Origin: an uncultured Eubacteriaceae bacterium
GTDB lineage: Bacteria; Bacillota; Clostridia; Lachnospirales; CAG-274
Length of the DNA stretch: 64,000 nucleotides
Assembly (NCBI GenBank): GCA_947167715.1
Contig: CAMVJD010000007.1
Location: forward strand, 12,881-76,880
Direction of reading: 5' to 3'
Shown: piece by piece, positions 52,824 to 63,463 of the stretch
Layout of the letters: the number at the start of each line of letters is the position of its first letter
Position numbering within the stretch: position 1 is the stretch's first letter
Position numbers and translations under genes: made by a program
The notes under the pieces: generated by a model
What the model was told of the DNA's origin: nothing
Databases searched by the model: none
The model's input: the letters and a program-made list of their open reading frames with translations, nothing else

Positions 52824-53579
52824 CTATACCAATGTTAATATATCGGGTTCGCCCCCGTCGGGAGTGATAAGCACGGTGTTTTCGTAGTGGGCGGAAAAGC
52901 CTCCGTCTTTTGTAACCGCCGTCCAGCCGTCGCCAAGTACTTTTACCTTGTGAGTGCCTGTATTTACCATAGGTTCAATGGCTAAAGTCATGCCCGCACG
53001 CAGCTTTATGCCGCGCTTGTTATTGCGGTAATTTGGTATTTGCGGATCCTCATGCATGCTGCGGCCTATGCCGTGTCCCACATAATCCCGCACAACCCCA
53101 AAACCCGCACTTTCTGCGCAGTCCTGTATGGCCGCCGATATATCACTTAAATAATTGCCGTCTTTTGCAAATTTTATACCACAAAAGAAGCTTTGTCGGG
53201 TAACATCAATAAGTCTTTGATTTTCATTGGATATAGCGCCCACACCGAAGGTACGCGCCGCATCACCGTGAAAACCGCCTATAAAAGCGCCCACATCAAC
53301 GCTTATTATATCGCCCTCTTTAAGCACTTGCCCCGAAGGGATACCGTGTACAACACGGTCGTTTACAGATGCGCAAATGCTTGCAGGATAGCCGAAATAA
53401 CCTTTAAACGACGGTTTAGCGCCGCAGCTTAAAATATATTCCTCGGCCAGCTTATCAAGTTCTTTTGTTGTAATACCGGGACGGACAGCCGCTTCGATAA
53501 CTTTTAAGGTCTCGCCGGTTATGCGGCCCGCAATACGCATGGCCTCAATTTCCTTCCCGCTTTTTATGGTGACAGACAT
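52824..53579 (-). CDS. map: Type I methionine aminopeptidase
   Basis: Motifs VVHGIP, DVGA..GG.HGD, VGHGIG, LAIEPM. Confidence 0.95.
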   Translation of the reverse strand: MSVTIKSGKEIEAMRIAGRITGETLKVIEAAVRPGITTKELDKLAEEYILSCGAKPSFKGYFGYPASICASVNDRVVHGIPSGQVLKEGDIISVDVGAFIGGFHGDAARTFGVGAISNENQRLIDVTRQSFFCGIKFAKDGNYLSDISAAIQDCAESAGFGVVRDYVGHGIGRSMHEDPQIPNYRNNKRGIKLRAGMTLAIEPMVNTGTHKVKVLGDGWTAVTKDGGFSAHYENTVLITPDGGEPDILTLV

Positions 53580-53582
53580 TTT

Positions 53583-54221
53583 TTATTTTACATCCTCAAG
53601 CGCTGCAACTGCCTTTGCAAATATCTCATCAATATCGCCAACGCCGTCGATCTCTGCAAGAATGCCCTTATTGCTGTAGTAATCAATAACAGGCGCGGTG
53701 GTTTCATGATATACCTTTAAACGATTTCTTACGGTTTCGGCATTGTCATCCTTACGCTGTACAAGCGCCTCGCCGCAGGCATCGCAAATACCGTCCTTTT
53801 TGGGAGGATTGTATTTTATATGGAACATCTGGCCGCATTTGGGGCAGCCCCTTCTGCCTGTCATTCTGTCAACGATAACTTCGTCGTCAACATTAAAGCA
53901 TAAAACCTTGTCAAGTTTGCCCGTAATAGCTTCAAGGCCTTCTGCCTGGCTTACGTTTCTCGGATAACCGTCAAGGATGTAGCCCTTTTTGCAGTCATCG
54001 GCCTTTATCCTTTCGGCAAGCATAGCGGAAACTATATCGTCGGAAACAAGTCCGCCCGCGTTCATTATCTCGCTTACCTTTTTACCAAGCTCCGTACCGA
54101 GCTTCATCTGCTCCCTGAGCAGGTCGCCCGTTGAAATATGTGCAATATCAAAATGCTTTGAAAGCTTTTTGGCCTGTGTACCCTTGCCGGCACCCGGACC
54201 GCCTATAAGCACAAGTTTCAT
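53583..54221 (-). CDS. adk: Adenylate kinase (zinc-lid type)
   Basis: LIGGPGAGKGTQ, GYILDGYPR, and a CPKCG...CDACG lid. Confidence 0.95.
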   Translation of the reverse strand: MKLVLIGGPGAGKGTQAKKLSKHFDIAHISTGDLLREQMKLGTELGKKVSEIMNAGGLVSDDIVSAMLAERIKADDCKKGYILDGYPRNVSQAEGLEAITGKLDKVLCFNVDDEVIVDRMTGRRGCPKCGQMFHIKYNPPKKDGICDACGEALVQRKDDNAETVRNRLKVYHETTAPVIDYYSNKGILAEIDGVGDIDEIFAKAVAALEDVK

Positions 54222-54302
54222 AACCTTTACTTCCTTTCAATTTATGCGGCTGCTCCCGCGGCATAAGCGAAAAGCAACCGCAGCCGTCCAAACGGCATTA
54301 TC

Positions 54303-55544
54303 TTAACTTAAGAATCCTTTGTAGTGACGCATAAGCATCTGTGATTCAAGCTGTTTTACAATTTCAAGCGCAACACCGGTCACGATCAGAAGAGTAGTAC
54401 CACCAAAGGAGATGTTTATCTTGAATATTACCTCAAGAAGGATGGGTACAAGCGCAATAAGTGCGTATGCACAAGCACCTACAAGAGATATTCTGTCAAC
54501 AACGCCCTGAATGTAATCGCTGGTGGGCTTACCGGGTCTGATACCGGGGATAAAGCCGCCGCTTTTTTTGATATTTTCCGCAACCTCTACGGGGTTGAAT
54601 GCAAAGCCCGTATAGAAGAAGGTAAAGCAGAAAATAAGTATTACATAAAGTATAGCTCCCACAGGATGCGAAGTTCTTAAAACATTTGATACCTTGTCAA
54701 GCACCTCGTTGTGGAAAAGCTGATTGATGGTGTACGGGAACTGAAGAAGGCTTATTGCAAAGATTATTGACATAACGCCCGCAATATTTACCTTGATAGG
54801 GATATAAGAGCTTTGACCGCCCAATACCTTACGACCCACCATCTTTCTTGAATACTGAACGGGGATCCTTCTTTCACCGTCCTGAATAAAGATAACAAAT
54901 ACCATAACCACAAGTAAAATAGCAAGTATGGCAGCAACCTTTACCCAGCCGGCAGCACCGCCCGTTGAGCCTGTTGTATAAAGCTGCATGATACCCGAAG
55001 CAAGTCCGGAAAGGATATTTGCAAAGATAAGGAAGGAAGCGCCGTTGCCGATACCGACCTCGGTAAGTCTTTCACCCATCCACATTACAAATATTGTACC
55101 CGTTACCATAGTGATAAGTGCAACTATATATACAAAAAAGTTAGTATGCATAAATGCACTTCTTACCGTATAAACCTGACCGCAGCCCTGTAAAAGTGAA
55201 AGGATAACTGCAGCAATACGAGTATACTGGTTTATTTTCTTTCTGCCTTCCTCGCCCTCTTTGTTTATCTGCTCGAGTTTGGGGATAGCAACCGTAAGAA
55301 GCTGCATTATGATAGATGCGTTGATGTAGGGGCCGATACCCATAGCAAACACCGTGCCGTAGTTACCGCCCGCTATCATCTGATAAAGTGTACCGCTTGA
55401 ACCCATATCCTTGACCGCATTAAGGTCAAGACCGGGTACAGGCAAATGCGTGCCGACTCTGAAAATGAACAGAACCAACAGCATATATAAAATTCGTGTT
55501 CTTGTTTCCTTTATCTTAAAAGCATTTACCAAAGTGGAAAACAA
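54303..55544 (-). CDS. secY: Preprotein translocase subunit SecY
   Basis: Polytopic protein with motifs GI.PYI.ASII.QLL, GTIF.MW.GE and the ribosomal-cluster context. Apparent TTG start right after the rplO stop. Confidence 0.95.
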   Translation of the reverse strand: MFSTLVNAFKIKETRTRILYMLLVLFIFRVGTHLPVPGLDLNAVKDMGSSGTLYQMIAGGNYGTVFAMGIGPYINASIIMQLLTVAIPKLEQINKEGEEGRKKINQYTRIAAVILSLLQGCGQVYTVRSAFMHTNFFVYIVALITMVTGTIFVMWMGERLTEVGIGNGASFLIFANILSGLASGIMQLYTTGSTGGAAGWVKVAAILAILLVVMVFVIFIQDGERRIPVQYSRKMVGRKVLGGQSSYIPIKVNIAGVMSIIFAISLLQFPYTINQLFHNEVLDKVSNVLRTSHPVGAILYVILIFCFTFFYTGFAFNPVEVAENIKKSGGFIPGIRPGKPTSDYIQGVVDRISLVGACAYALIALVPILLEVIFKINISFGGTTLLIVTGVALEIVKQLESQMLMRHYKGFLS

Positions 55545-55985
55545 TTAAATCACCTCAGCTTTTCCGCCTGCCGCTTCAATCTTTTCCTTAGCGGATCCGC
55601 TGAATGCGTTTACCTTAACGGTAAGCTTCTTAGCGATTTCGCCGTTGCCGAGGATCTTAACGCCGTCTCTGGGGTTTGAAACAAGACCCTTTGACTGAAG
55701 CGCTGCAATATCAACAACTGCGCCGTCTTCAAATACGTTTAACATACTTACATTAATAGCAACGATATCCTTGCTGTTAATGCACTTGAAACCTCTTTTG
55801 GGTATTCTTCTGTAAAGAGGCATCTGACCGCCCTCGAAGCCGGGTCTTACGCCACCGCCCGAACGAGCGTTCTGACCCTTGTGGCCCTTACCTGCTGTCT
55901 TGCCGTTGCCCGAGCCGTGGCCTCTGCCTCTGCGGAATCCGTTTGATGTTGAGCCCTCGGCGGGCTTTAAATCGTATAACTTCAT
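55545..55985 (-). CDS. rplO: 50S ribosomal protein L15
   Basis: [12 protein letters not shown]...GRG.GSG.GKT.G.G.KGQ. The start was moved to ATG 55985 after GGAGGTG. Confidence 0.95.
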   Translation of the reverse strand: MKLYDLKPAEGSTSNGFRRGRGHGSGNGKTAGKGHKGQNARSGGGVRPGFEGGQMPLYRRIPKRGFKCINSKDIVAINVSMLNVFEDGAVVDIAALQSKGLVSNPRDGVKILGNGEIAKKLTVKVNAFSGSAKEKIEAAGGKAEVI

Positions 55986-56006
55986 TTTAGGATGCACCTC
56001 CTCTAA

Positions 56007-56180
56007 TTAAATTTCTTCTACCTTAACAAGGTGTTTTACCTGCTTGATCATACCTCTGACTGCAGGATTGTCCTGATGCTCTGCGCTGCTGTTAAGCTTG
56101 TTTAAGCCTAAAGCCTGCACAGTTTTTTTATGCTTAGGGATCGCTCCTATTGTAGATTTTACTAATGTAACCTTTAACAT
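56007..56180 (-). CDS. rpmD: 50S ribosomal protein L30
   Basis: Not in the ORF track (57 aa). Hand translation gives [57 protein letters not shown]. Confidence 0.9.
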   Translation of the reverse strand: MLKVTLVKSTIGAIPKHKKTVQALGLNKLNSSAEHQDNPAVRGMIKQVKHLVKVEEI

Positions 56181-56194
56181 CTCAATAATCCCCC

Positions 56195-56701
56195 TTAACC
56201 CATTATTTCTTCAACGGTCTTGCCGCGAAGTCTTGCAACAGTCTCGGGTGAAGTAACCTTTGAAAGGCCCTCTACTGTAGCGCAAACAACGTTCTTCTTG
56301 TTTCTTGAGCCAAGAGACTTTGTTCTGATATTCTTGATACCTGCAAGCTCGATAACGGCACGAGCGGGACCGCCCGCGATAATACCGGTACCTTCGGGAG
56401 CCGGCTTAAGAAGTACGCTTGAGCTGCCGAACTTGCCATATATCTCATGGTAGATACTGTTATTTTCGTTTCTTTCAACGTAGATAAGGTTCTTCATTGC
56501 ATCTTCCTTGCCCTTGCGGATAGCATCGGGGATCTCTGTAGCCTTACCTAAGCCTACACCTACATGACCGTTCTCATCGCCAACTACTACTAATGCAGTA
56601 AAACGGAAAGTACGACCACCCTTAACAACCTTTGTTACACGCTTGAGTGTAACTACTTTATCCTGCAAATCAAGGGTTTTTGCATCGATTTTATTTCTCA
56701 C
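56195..56701 (-). CDS. rpsE: 30S ribosomal protein S5
   Basis: RV.KVVKGGR.F.F.ALVVVGD..G.VG.G.GKA.EIP.AI.K. GTG start. Confidence 0.95.
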   Translation of the reverse strand: MRNKIDAKTLDLQDKVVTLKRVTKVVKGGRTFRFTALVVVGDENGHVGVGLGKATEIPDAIRKGKEDAMKNLIYVERNENNSIYHEIYGKFGSSSVLLKPAPEGTGIIAGGPARAVIELAGIKNIRTKSLGSRNKKNVVCATVEGLSKVTSPETVARLRGKTVEEIMG

Positions 56702-56719
56702 GATTATTTTACCTCCCTA

Positions 56720-57088
56720 TTAGAATTGGAGACCGGCTTCTCTGGCAGCATCGGCTAAAGCCTGGATCTTGCCCTGATAAATATATCCGCCACGGTCAAA
56801 TACTACGGTAGTAATACCTTTTGCAACTGCTTTTTTAGCTACAGCCTCGCCAACAGCCTTGGCTGCCTCAACATCGTTTGTATGTTCAAGCTTAGCCTTA
56901 ACGTCAGCCTCCATAGTGGATGCTGCGCAAAGTGTGTTGCCAACTGTATCATCAATTATTTGTGCATAGATGTGCTTGTTGCTTCTAAACACAGCCAATC
57001 TTGGCATTTCTGCGGTGCCGGAGATCTTGTTGCGCAGTCTGTAGTGACGCTTTACTCTGGCATCTGCTCTTGATGGCTTTCTTATCAT
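56720..57088 (-). CDS. rplR: 50S ribosomal protein L18
   Basis: R..RH.R.R.K..GT...PRL.VFRS.KHIYAQ.IDD. It ends ..AR.AGL.F. Confidence 0.95.
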   Translation of the reverse strand: MIRKPSRADARVKRHYRLRNKISGTAEMPRLAVFRSNKHIYAQIIDDTVGNTLCAASTMEADVKAKLEHTNDVEAAKAVGEAVAKKAVAKGITTVVFDRGGYIYQGKIQALADAAREAGLQF

Positions 57089-57108
57089 CGAGAACTCACT
57101 CCTTTTAA

Positions 57109-57648
57109 TTATTTCTTACCTGTCTTACCGACCTTACGTCTGATAGTTTCTGTGGTATACTTGATACCCTTGCCCTTATAAGGTTCGGGAGGTCTCTTTG
57201 TTCTGATCTCTGCTGCGAACTGACCAACCTTTTCCTTATCGATACCGCTTACTGTGATCTTGTTGCCGTCAACAGTAGTGGTGATACCCTCGGGGTCTAC
57301 CATTTCAACGGGGTGAGAATAGCCAAGTGTTAAGGTAAGCTTATTGCCTGCCTTAGCAGCTCTGTAACCAACACCGTTTATTTCAAGCACCTTGCTGTAA
57401 CCGTTTGTAACACCCTCTACCATGTTGGCAATAAGTGTTCTGGTCAAGCCGTGTAATGATTTGTATCTCTTTAAGTCGCTGGGGCGTGTAACAATAACTT
57501 CTGCGCCCTCGACCTTTACTTCAAGGTCATCAACTAATTTGCGTGTTAAAGTACCCTTGGGGCCCTTAACAGTAATTACGTTGCCTTCCTCCAGCTTAAC
57601 GTCAACGCCGGCAGGAATTGCAACAGGTAATTTACCTATTCTTGACAT
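57109..57648 (-). CDS. rplF: 50S ribosomal protein L6
   Basis: MSRIGK.P...P.GV.V......V.VKGPKG.L. Confidence 0.95.
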   Translation of the reverse strand: MSRIGKLPVAIPAGVDVKLEEGNVITVKGPKGTLTRKLVDDLEVKVEGAEVIVTRPSDLKRYKSLHGLTRTLIANMVEGVTNGYSKVLEINGVGYRAAKAGNKLTLTLGYSHPVEMVDPEGITTTVDGNKITVSGIDKEKVGQFAAEIRTKRPPEPYKGKGIKYTTETIRRKVGKTGKK

Positions 57649-57666
57649 AATATATTCCTCCTCGTA

Positions 57667-58068
57667 TTACCAAACGTAGGCGATAACTTCGCCGCCAACG
57701 CCAAGCTTTCTTGCTTCCTTGTCGGTAATAACGCCCTTGTTTGTGGAAACGATGGCTGTACCCATACCGCCAAGTACTCTCGGTAACTCATCTGTATTGG
57801 CATAAACTCTAAGGCCGGGCTTTGAGATCCTCTTAATGCCCGAGATAACCTTTTCGTTTTTGTCCTTACCGTATTTTAAAGTAATGCGCATTGTTTTCTT
57901 TACGCCGTCTTCAATTATTTCATAGCCTTTAACGTAGCCTTCCTTTGTTAAGATGTCAGCAATAGCAACTTTCATCTTGCTTGAAGGTACGTCTACTGTA
58001 TCGTGCTTCGCAGTATTTGCATTTCTTATTCTTGTAAGCATATCTGCGATAGGATCGCTCATTGACAT
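57667..58068 (-). CDS. rpsH: 30S ribosomal protein S8
   Basis: [17 protein letters not shown]... after AAGGAGG. The ORF track's upstream extension to 58137 was rejected. Confidence 0.95.
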   Translation of the reverse strand: MSMSDPIADMLTRIRNANTAKHDTVDVPSSKMKVAIADILTKEGYVKGYEIIEDGVKKTMRITLKYGKDKNEKVISGIKRISKPGLRVYANTDELPRVLGGMGTAIVSTNKGVITDKEARKLGVGGEVIAYVW

Positions 58069-58096
58069 TTTATATCCTCCTTGTTGTTGTCTATCG

Positions 58097-58252
58097 GTGC
58101 TATTAAAGCTAAGGTTGGATAAATTTTTGCCGCTCAAAATTTTTTAACGCTACGCCTGTATGCCGCTGCGCGTCATTTCGGCTTTTGCGCGCTAAAATTT
58201 TGTCCCTAACGGGCGCGCCGCCAAAAATTTATCTGTTTTAAGTTAATAGCAC
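58097..58252. repeat. 156-nt inverted-repeat-bracketed insert in the rpsN-rpsH spacer
   Basis: GTGCTATTAA (58097-58106) pairs with TTAATAGCAC (58243-58252). ATAAATTTTTG (58119-58129) pairs with CAAAAATTTAT (58222-58232). The interior is GC-rich with GCGCGC hairpins. Confidence 0.65.
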
Positions 58253-58256
58253 AAAA

Positions 58257-58442
58257 TTACCAGCTTGCCTTCTTAACTCCGGGGATCTGACCTTTGTAAG
58301 CTAATTCACGGAAGCATACTCTGCAAATACCGAACTTTCTTAAAACGGAGTGCGGTCTGCCGCAAAGACGGCAGCGTGTGTATGCTTGAGTGGAAAACTT
58401 GGGCTTTCTTGCCTGCTTGATCTTCATAGATGTCTTAGCCAT
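58257..58442 (-). CDS. rpsN: 30S ribosomal protein S14, type Z (zinc-binding)
   Basis: 61 aa. CRLCGRP...CRVCFR. It ends ..PGVKKASW. Confidence 0.95.
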   Translation of the reverse strand: MAKTSMKIKQARKPKFSTQAYTRCRLCGRPHSVLRKFGICRVCFRELAYKGQIPGVKKASW

Positions 58443-58459
58443 AACCTGTTCTTCCTCCC

Positions 58460-58999
58460 TTATTTCTTAAATGGCATACCGAATAATCTGAGAAGCTCTC
58501 TTGCTTCCTCATCGGTCTTTGCAGTTGTTACAAATACTATATCCATACCTCTGATCTTGTCGATCTTGTCGTAACGGATCTCGGGGAACATAAGCTGCTC
58601 CTTAACGCCTAAGGTGTAGTTGCCTCTGCCGTCAAAGCTGTCTGCGCTTACGCCGCGGAAGTCACGAACTCGGGGAAGTGCAAGGTTGATAAGACGGTTT
58701 ACAAAGCTGTACATCTTCTCGCCTCTTAATGTTACCTTGCAGCCTATGGGCATACCTGCACGAAGCTTGAATGCAGCAATAGACTTTTTAGCCTTTGTTA
58801 CGATAGGCTTCTGGCCTGCGATGATAGTCATATCACCTACTGCACTTTCGATAGCCTTTGCGTTTTCCTTTGCCTCACCAAGGCCCATATTTATAACTAC
58901 CTTTTCAATTTTGGGAACTTCCATTTTATTTTTGTATGAAAACTTCTTTATCATTGCATCAACGATCTCGTTTTCATAGTATTCTCTTAAAGCGTTCAC
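58460..58999 (-). CDS. rplE: 50S ribosomal protein L5
   Basis: Conserved L5 core: ...P.I.KVV.NMG.GEA......A..D...I.GQKP. GTG start. Confidence 0.95.
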   Translation of the reverse strand: MNALREYYENEIVDAMIKKFSYKNKMEVPKIEKVVINMGLGEAKENAKAIESAVGDMTIIAGQKPIVTKAKKSIAAFKLRAGMPIGCKVTLRGEKMYSFVNRLINLALPRVRDFRGVSADSFDGRGNYTLGVKEQLMFPEIRYDKIDKIRGMDIVFVTTAKTDEEARELLRLFGMPFKK

Positions 59000-59019
59000 T
59001 TGTTTGCCTCCCTTCGGTA

Positions 59020-59331
59020 TCAGTCAATCAAATCGCCCGACGGCTTTGCAATACGCTTTTTAACGTTCTTGCCGTCAACGACCTCAACAGTATAACCTAT
59101 TCTTACAGGCTTGCCCTTGTAAAGATACATTACATTGGAAGCGTCAAGCGGTGCTTCCTTGGAAACAATGCCGCCTGCCTGCTGAGCAGTAGCCTTAACG
59201 TGCTTTTTGATCATGTTTACGCCCTCAACAATAACCTTGTTGTTTTCGCGGTCAACCTTAAGCACCTTGCCTTCTTCGCCCTTGCACTTGCCTGCTATAA
59301 CCAGAACTTTATCGCCCTTTTTAATTTTCAT
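59020..59331 (-). CDS. rplX: 50S ribosomal protein L24
   Basis: MKIKKGD.V.VI.GK.KG..GKVL.V (KOW motif). Confidence 0.95.
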   Translation of the reverse strand: MKIKKGDKVLVIAGKCKGEEGKVLKVDRENNKVIVEGVNMIKKHVKATAQQAGGIVSKEAPLDASNVMYLYKGKPVRIGYTVEVVDGKNVKKRIAKPSGDLID

Positions 59332-59345
59332 TGAACCTTACCTCC

Positions 59346-59714
59346 TTATAATACTTCGGGAGCAAGTGACAATATCTTCATATACTGCTTTTCACGAAGC
59401 TCTCTTGCCACGGGTCCGAAAATACGAGTACCTCTTGGGTTCTTGTCTTCTTTTATAATTACGGCAGCGTTCTCATCAAACTTGATGTATGAACCGTCGG
59501 GTCTTGCTGCGCCCTTCTTTGTACGAACAACAACAGCTCTTACGACCTCACCCTTTTTAACAACGCCGCCTGGTGTTGCATCTTTAACAGTAGCAACTAT
59601 AACATCACCGATGTTTGCATATCTTCTGGTCGAACCGCCCATAACTCTGATACATAATAATTCCTTAGCACCCGAGTTGTCAGCTACGACCAATCTGCTT
59701 TCCTGTTGAATCAT
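59346..59714 (-). CDS. rplN: 50S ribosomal protein L14
   Basis: [23 protein letters not shown]. Confidence 0.95.
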   Translation of the reverse strand: MIQQESRLVVADNSGAKELLCIRVMGGSTRRYANIGDVIVATVKDATPGGVVKKGEVVRAVVVRTKKGAARPDGSYIKFDENAAVIIKEDKNPRGTRIFGPVARELREKQYMKILSLAPEVL

Positions 59715-59741
59715 ATTAATATTCTCCTCTCTGCCAAGAAA

Positions 59742-59996
59742 TTACTTAACTTTCTCAACAATAGACACAAGTCTCCATCTCTTGTCCTTAGATAAAGGTC
59801 TTGTTTCCATTACCTTAACACGGTCGCCGATCTGGCACTCATTATTCTCGTCATGAGCCTTAAGCTTGTAAGTAGTCTTAACGATCTTGTTGTATAACGA
59901 ATGTCTTACATTATTTTCAACAGCAACAACAATGGTCTTATCCATCTTATTGCTGATCACTTTGCCAATTCTTGTTTTACGAAGATTTCTTTCCAT
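59742..59996 (-). CDS. rpsQ: 30S ribosomal protein S17
   Basis: R....G.V.S.KM.KT.VV.V......H..Y.K......K..AHDE.N. Confidence 0.95.
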   Translation of the reverse strand: MERNLRKTRIGKVISNKMDKTIVVAVENNVRHSLYNKIVKTTYKLKAHDENNECQIGDRVKVMETRPLSKDKRWRLVSIVEKVK

Positions 59997-60020
59997 TATA
60001 TAAGTCCTCCTTCCGTGTTA

Positions 60021-60224
60021 TTAAGCATTGCTCTTTTGAGTGATAACAGTCTGGATCCTTGCAATGTTCTTGCGAACCTCGCCTATCCTTGCAGTATTGC
60101 TCAACTGGTTGGTAGCATTCTGAAATCTTAAATTAAATAACTCCTTTTTAGCTTCAACTAAATCCTGATTTAACTCATCGATAGTCTTTGCTCTGAGTTC
60201 TGCTGTAAAATCCTTAGTCTTCAT
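60021..60224 (-). CDS. rpmC: 50S ribosomal protein L29
   Basis: LR.K...EL...L...[13 protein letters not shown]. Confidence 0.9.
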   Translation of the reverse strand: MKTKDFTAELRAKTIDELNQDLVEAKKELFNLRFQNATNQLSNTARIGEVRKNIARIQTVITQKSNA

Positions 60225-60655
60225 TAATTGTCAACCTCCGTTTCAAGGTCAGCGCGGGATACGATCTTGCACTTGATGGGCAGTTTGTGAACTGCAAGGC
60301 GAAGCGCCTCTCTTGCGATCTCCTCGCTTACTCCTGCGATCTCGAACATAACGCGGCCGGGCTTAACAACAGCTACCCAATACTCGGGAGAACCTTTACC
60401 GGAACCCATTCGTGTCTCGGCAGGCTTTTCTGTGATAGGCTTGTCGGGGAAAATCTTTATCCAAACTTTACCGCCACGCTTAATATATCTTGTCATAGCA
60501 ATACGGGCAGCCTCTATCTGGTTGGAAGTGATCCAGCTGGGCTCCATAGCTACTATACCGTACTCACCGTAAGTGATCTTGTTGCCGCGCATAGCCTTAC
60601 CTGTCATACGGCCTCTGAACTGCTTACGTCTTTTTACTCTTTTAGGCATTAACAT
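60224..60655 (-). CDS. rplP: 50S ribosomal protein L16
   Basis: [15 protein letters not shown]. Confidence 0.95.
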   Translation of the reverse strand: MLMPKRVKRRKQFRGRMTGKAMRGNKITYGEYGIVAMEPSWITSNQIEAARIAMTRYIKRGGKVWIKIFPDKPITEKPAETRMGSGKGSPEYWVAVVKPGRVMFEIAGVSEEIAREALRLAVHKLPIKCKIVSRADLETEVDN

Positions 60656-61320
60656 TATTCAGCACTCCCTTCCTTTTTTGCTGCCTTCTTTTCGGGAAGA
60701 ACTTCGCCCTTGTAGATCCAAACCTTAACACCGATCTTACCGTATGTTGTGTTTGCCTCTGCAAAGCCGTAATCTATATCTGCTCTTAAAGTCTGAAGAG
60801 GAATAGTACCATCGTGGTAGCTTTCGCTTCTTGCCATTTCTGCACCGCCTAAACGACCCGAGCAAGCTGTCTTGATACCCTTTGCGCCGAACTTCATAGT
60901 TCTTGACATAGCGCTTTTCATAGCGCGGCGGAAAGTGATACGGTTTTCAAGCTGCTTAGCTATATCCTCTGCTACAAGCTGGGAGTCAAGCTCCGGCTTT
61001 TTGATCTCTTCAATATTTACAAGCACCTTCTGTGCCGACATCTTCTGAAGCTCTGTGCTTAATTCCTGAATGGATGCACCGTTGCGGCCGATGATGATAC
61101 CGGGCTTTGAAGTATAAACAGTTACCTTAACTCTTTCGTTGTTTCTTTCGATAGCAACCCTTGAAACACCCGAATTAACTAACTTTTTCTGGATATAATT
61201 TCTGAGCTTCTGATCCTCAATCAAGAAGTTTGCGTAATCCTTCTTATCTGCGTACCAGGTAGAATCCCAGTCCTTGATAATACCAACTCTTAAGCCATGT
61301 GGATTTACTTTCTGACCCAT
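60655..61320 (-). CDS. rpsC: 30S ribosomal protein S3
   Basis: [12 protein letters not shown]....W.S.W.A. Confidence 0.95.
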   Translation of the reverse strand: MGQKVNPHGLRVGIIKDWDSTWYADKKDYANFLIEDQKLRNYIQKKLVNSGVSRVAIERNNERVKVTVYTSKPGIIIGRNGASIQELSTELQKMSAQKVLVNIEEIKKPELDSQLVAEDIAKQLENRITFRRAMKSAMSRTMKFGAKGIKTACSGRLGGAEMARSESYHDGTIPLQTLRADIDYGFAEANTTYGKIGVKVWIYKGEVLPEKKAAKKEGSAE

Positions 61321-61335
61321 ATTGGTTTAACCTCC

Positions 61336-61725
61336 TTATTTCACATCTAAGTATATTGAAATGTGAGCAGTCTTCTTGTTTATTCTGTAAGCTCTGCCCT
61401 GAGCCCTGGGGCGAATTCTCTTAAGAGTCGGTCCCTGGTTAGCTGCAACATCAGCAACATACAAACTGTTTACATCTAATTCTAAATTATTTTCTGCGTT
61501 AGCAACAGCACTCTTTAATACCTTTTCGATTATCTCTGCTGCATATCTGGGCGAATAAGCAAGTATTGCCATTGCTTCGCCTACGCTTTTGCCCTTTATC
61601 TGGTTTAAAACTATTCTGGCCTTTGTGTCGGAAACACGAACAAACTTTGCATGTGCCTGAGCGCGTCTGTCTTTGTTCTGCTCGTTTCTTTCCTTCTTTA
61701 TCTGGCTTCTGTGTCCCTTTGCCAT
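61336..61725 (-). CDS. rplV: 50S ribosomal protein L22
   Basis: A.A..VR.S..K.R.V...I.GK.V..A..IL.... ...GP.LKR..PRA.GRA..I.K.T.HI. Confidence 0.95.
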   Translation of the reverse strand: MAKGHRSQIKKERNEQNKDRRAQAHAKFVRVSDTKARIVLNQIKGKSVGEAMAILAYSPRYAAEIIEKVLKSAVANAENNLELDVNSLYVADVAANQGPTLKRIRPRAQGRAYRINKKTAHISIYLDVK

Positions 61726-61820
61726 TTTAAGGCTCCTCCTTTCGGTATGAGTGGATATTGTACAGCCGCCGCCGTTTTAGCCGCGGCTGTTGATTTAACT
61801 TTACTATTTAAAGGTTTTGA

Positions 61821-62105
61821 TTACCTTACCTTGGACTTTTTCTCTGCGTCCTTGCCGTGACCGCGGTAAGTTCTTGTTAAAGCGAATTCGCCTAACTTGT
61901 GGCCTACCATATCCTCTGTGATATATACGGGAACGTGCTTTCTTCCGTCGTGAACAGCAATTGTGTGGCCGATCATTTCGGGGAAGATAGTAGAACGACG
62001 AGACCAAGTTTTAATTACGTTTTTTGTGTTGGCTTCGTTCTGTGCAACGACCTTTTTCATAAGGTGATCGTCACAGAAAGGGCCTTTTTTAAGTGATCTG
62101 CTCAT
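61821..62105 (-). CDS. rpsS: 30S ribosomal protein S19
   Basis: [15 protein letters not shown].... ...[27 protein letters not shown]. Confidence 0.95.
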   Translation of the reverse strand: MSRSLKKGPFCDDHLMKKVVAQNEANTKNVIKTWSRRSTIFPEMIGHTIAVHDGRKHVPVYITEDMVGHKLGEFALTRTYRGHGKDAEKKSKVR

Positions 62106-62121
62106 TTATACCTGACCTCCA

Positions 62122-62952
62122 TTATTTGTTTCTGCCGCGAATAATCATCTTATTGCTTGCCTTATGCTTCTTTCTTGTCTTGTAACCAAGAGCAGGCTTG
62201 CCCCAAGGTGTGCAGGGTGCGGGACGACCGATAGGTGCGCGGCCCTCACCACCACCGTGAGGATGGTCGTTGGGGTTCATAACAGAACCACGAACAGTAG
62301 GTCTGATACCCATGTGGCGCTTCTTACCTGCCTTACCGATATTGATAAGCTCGTGATCGCCGTTGCCTACAGCACCGATAGTTGCGCGGCACTCGATGGG
62401 AAGAAGTCTCATCTCGCCGGAGGGAAGTCTTACAGTAGCATACTTGCCTTCCTTAGCCATAAGCTGTGCAACATTACCTGCGGAACGAACAAGCTGTCCG
62501 CCTGCACCGGGCTTCATTTCGATATTGTGTATCTCGGCACCGATAGGTATGTTCTTCATGGGAAGTGCATTACCAACTCTTACCTCGGCCTCTTCACCGT
62601 TCATGATGGTGTCGCCGACCTTTAAGCCGTTGGGAGCGAGGATGTATCTCTTCTCGCCGTCTGCGTAGCATACAAGTGCGATGTTTGCTGTTCTGTTAGG
62701 ATCGTACTCGATTGCTGTTACCTTTGCGGGAACACCGTCTTTATTTCTCTTAAAGTCGATGATCCTGTATTTTTTCTTTGCACCGCCGCCGATGTGACGA
62801 ACGGTTATCTTACCCTGACTGTTGCGGCCTGCGGTAGACTTGATGTGTACCGTAAGGCTTTTTTCGGGAGTAGATTTTGTTATTTCAGCGAAGTCAGATA
62901 CTGTCATCTGTCTTCTTGAAGGTGTATAAGGCTTAAATCTCTTAATACCCAT
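62122..62952 (-). CDS. rplB: 50S ribosomal protein L2
   Basis: MGIK..KP.TP..R......F..IT.. ...GGG.K...R.IDF.R. ...HPHGGGEG. Confidence 0.95.
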   Translation of the reverse strand: MGIKRFKPYTPSRRQMTVSDFAEITKSTPEKSLTVHIKSTAGRNSQGKITVRHIGGGAKKKYRIIDFKRNKDGVPAKVTAIEYDPNRTANIALVCYADGEKRYILAPNGLKVGDTIMNGEEAEVRVGNALPMKNIPIGAEIHNIEMKPGAGGQLVRSAGNVAQLMAKEGKYATVRLPSGEMRLLPIECRATIGAVGNGDHELINIGKAGKKRHMGIRPTVRGSVMNPNDHPHGGGEGRAPIGRPAPCTPWGKPALGYKTRKKHKASNKMIIRGRNK

Positions 62953-63163
62953 TTTTTACACTCCTTTTCTTAGTTTAATTCTCTGCACGCTTTTCGGTGC
63001 AATATTCGTTCTGTTGACGCGTTTTCGCCGTGCCATACCTCAACTGCGCTTCGCTTCGTTTCGGTGTCGGGCGGGCGCCCTCCGCATACTGCGCAAAGCA
63101 AAAACCCTTACAAGCAAGCTTGACGATTTTTTCTTTACTTGTATGCACACGGCTTACTTATTA

Positions 63164-63463
63164 TCACATACCGCTGAAAATTTCAATTTCCTTGCTGTCT
63201 TCTGTAAGCTGAACAATAGCTTTCTTCTTATTAACGGTCTTGCCGAATGTGTAACCGCGTCTTTTTGACTTACCCTGAAGGTTAAGTGTGTTTACGCTTG
63301 CAACCTTTGTACCCTCAAACATCTTTTCTACAGCCTGCTTGATCTGGATCTTTGTTGCATCTGTGTGTACATAAAAAGTGTACTTCTTTTCAGCCATTTC
63401 GTTCATACTTTTTTCTGTAACGACGGGCTTTAAAATAACGTCATAATACTTAATATCTGCCAT
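63164..63463 (-). CDS. rplW: 50S ribosomal protein L23
   Basis: YDVI..P..TEKS......KYTF.V...A.K..IK.AVE..F. Confidence 0.95.
   Translation of the reverse strand: MADIKYYDVILKPVVTEKSMNEMAEKKYTFYVHTDATKIQIKQAVEKMFEGTKVASVNTLNLQGKSKRRGYTFGKTVNKKKAIVQLTEDSKEIEIFSGM

Noticed and set aside
57667-58137. Extended 156-aa version of rpsH
   Set aside because: The canonical S8 N-terminus, [11 protein letters not shown], follows a perfect AAGGAGG RBS at 58068. The upstream 23 codons lie within the inverted-repeat insert.
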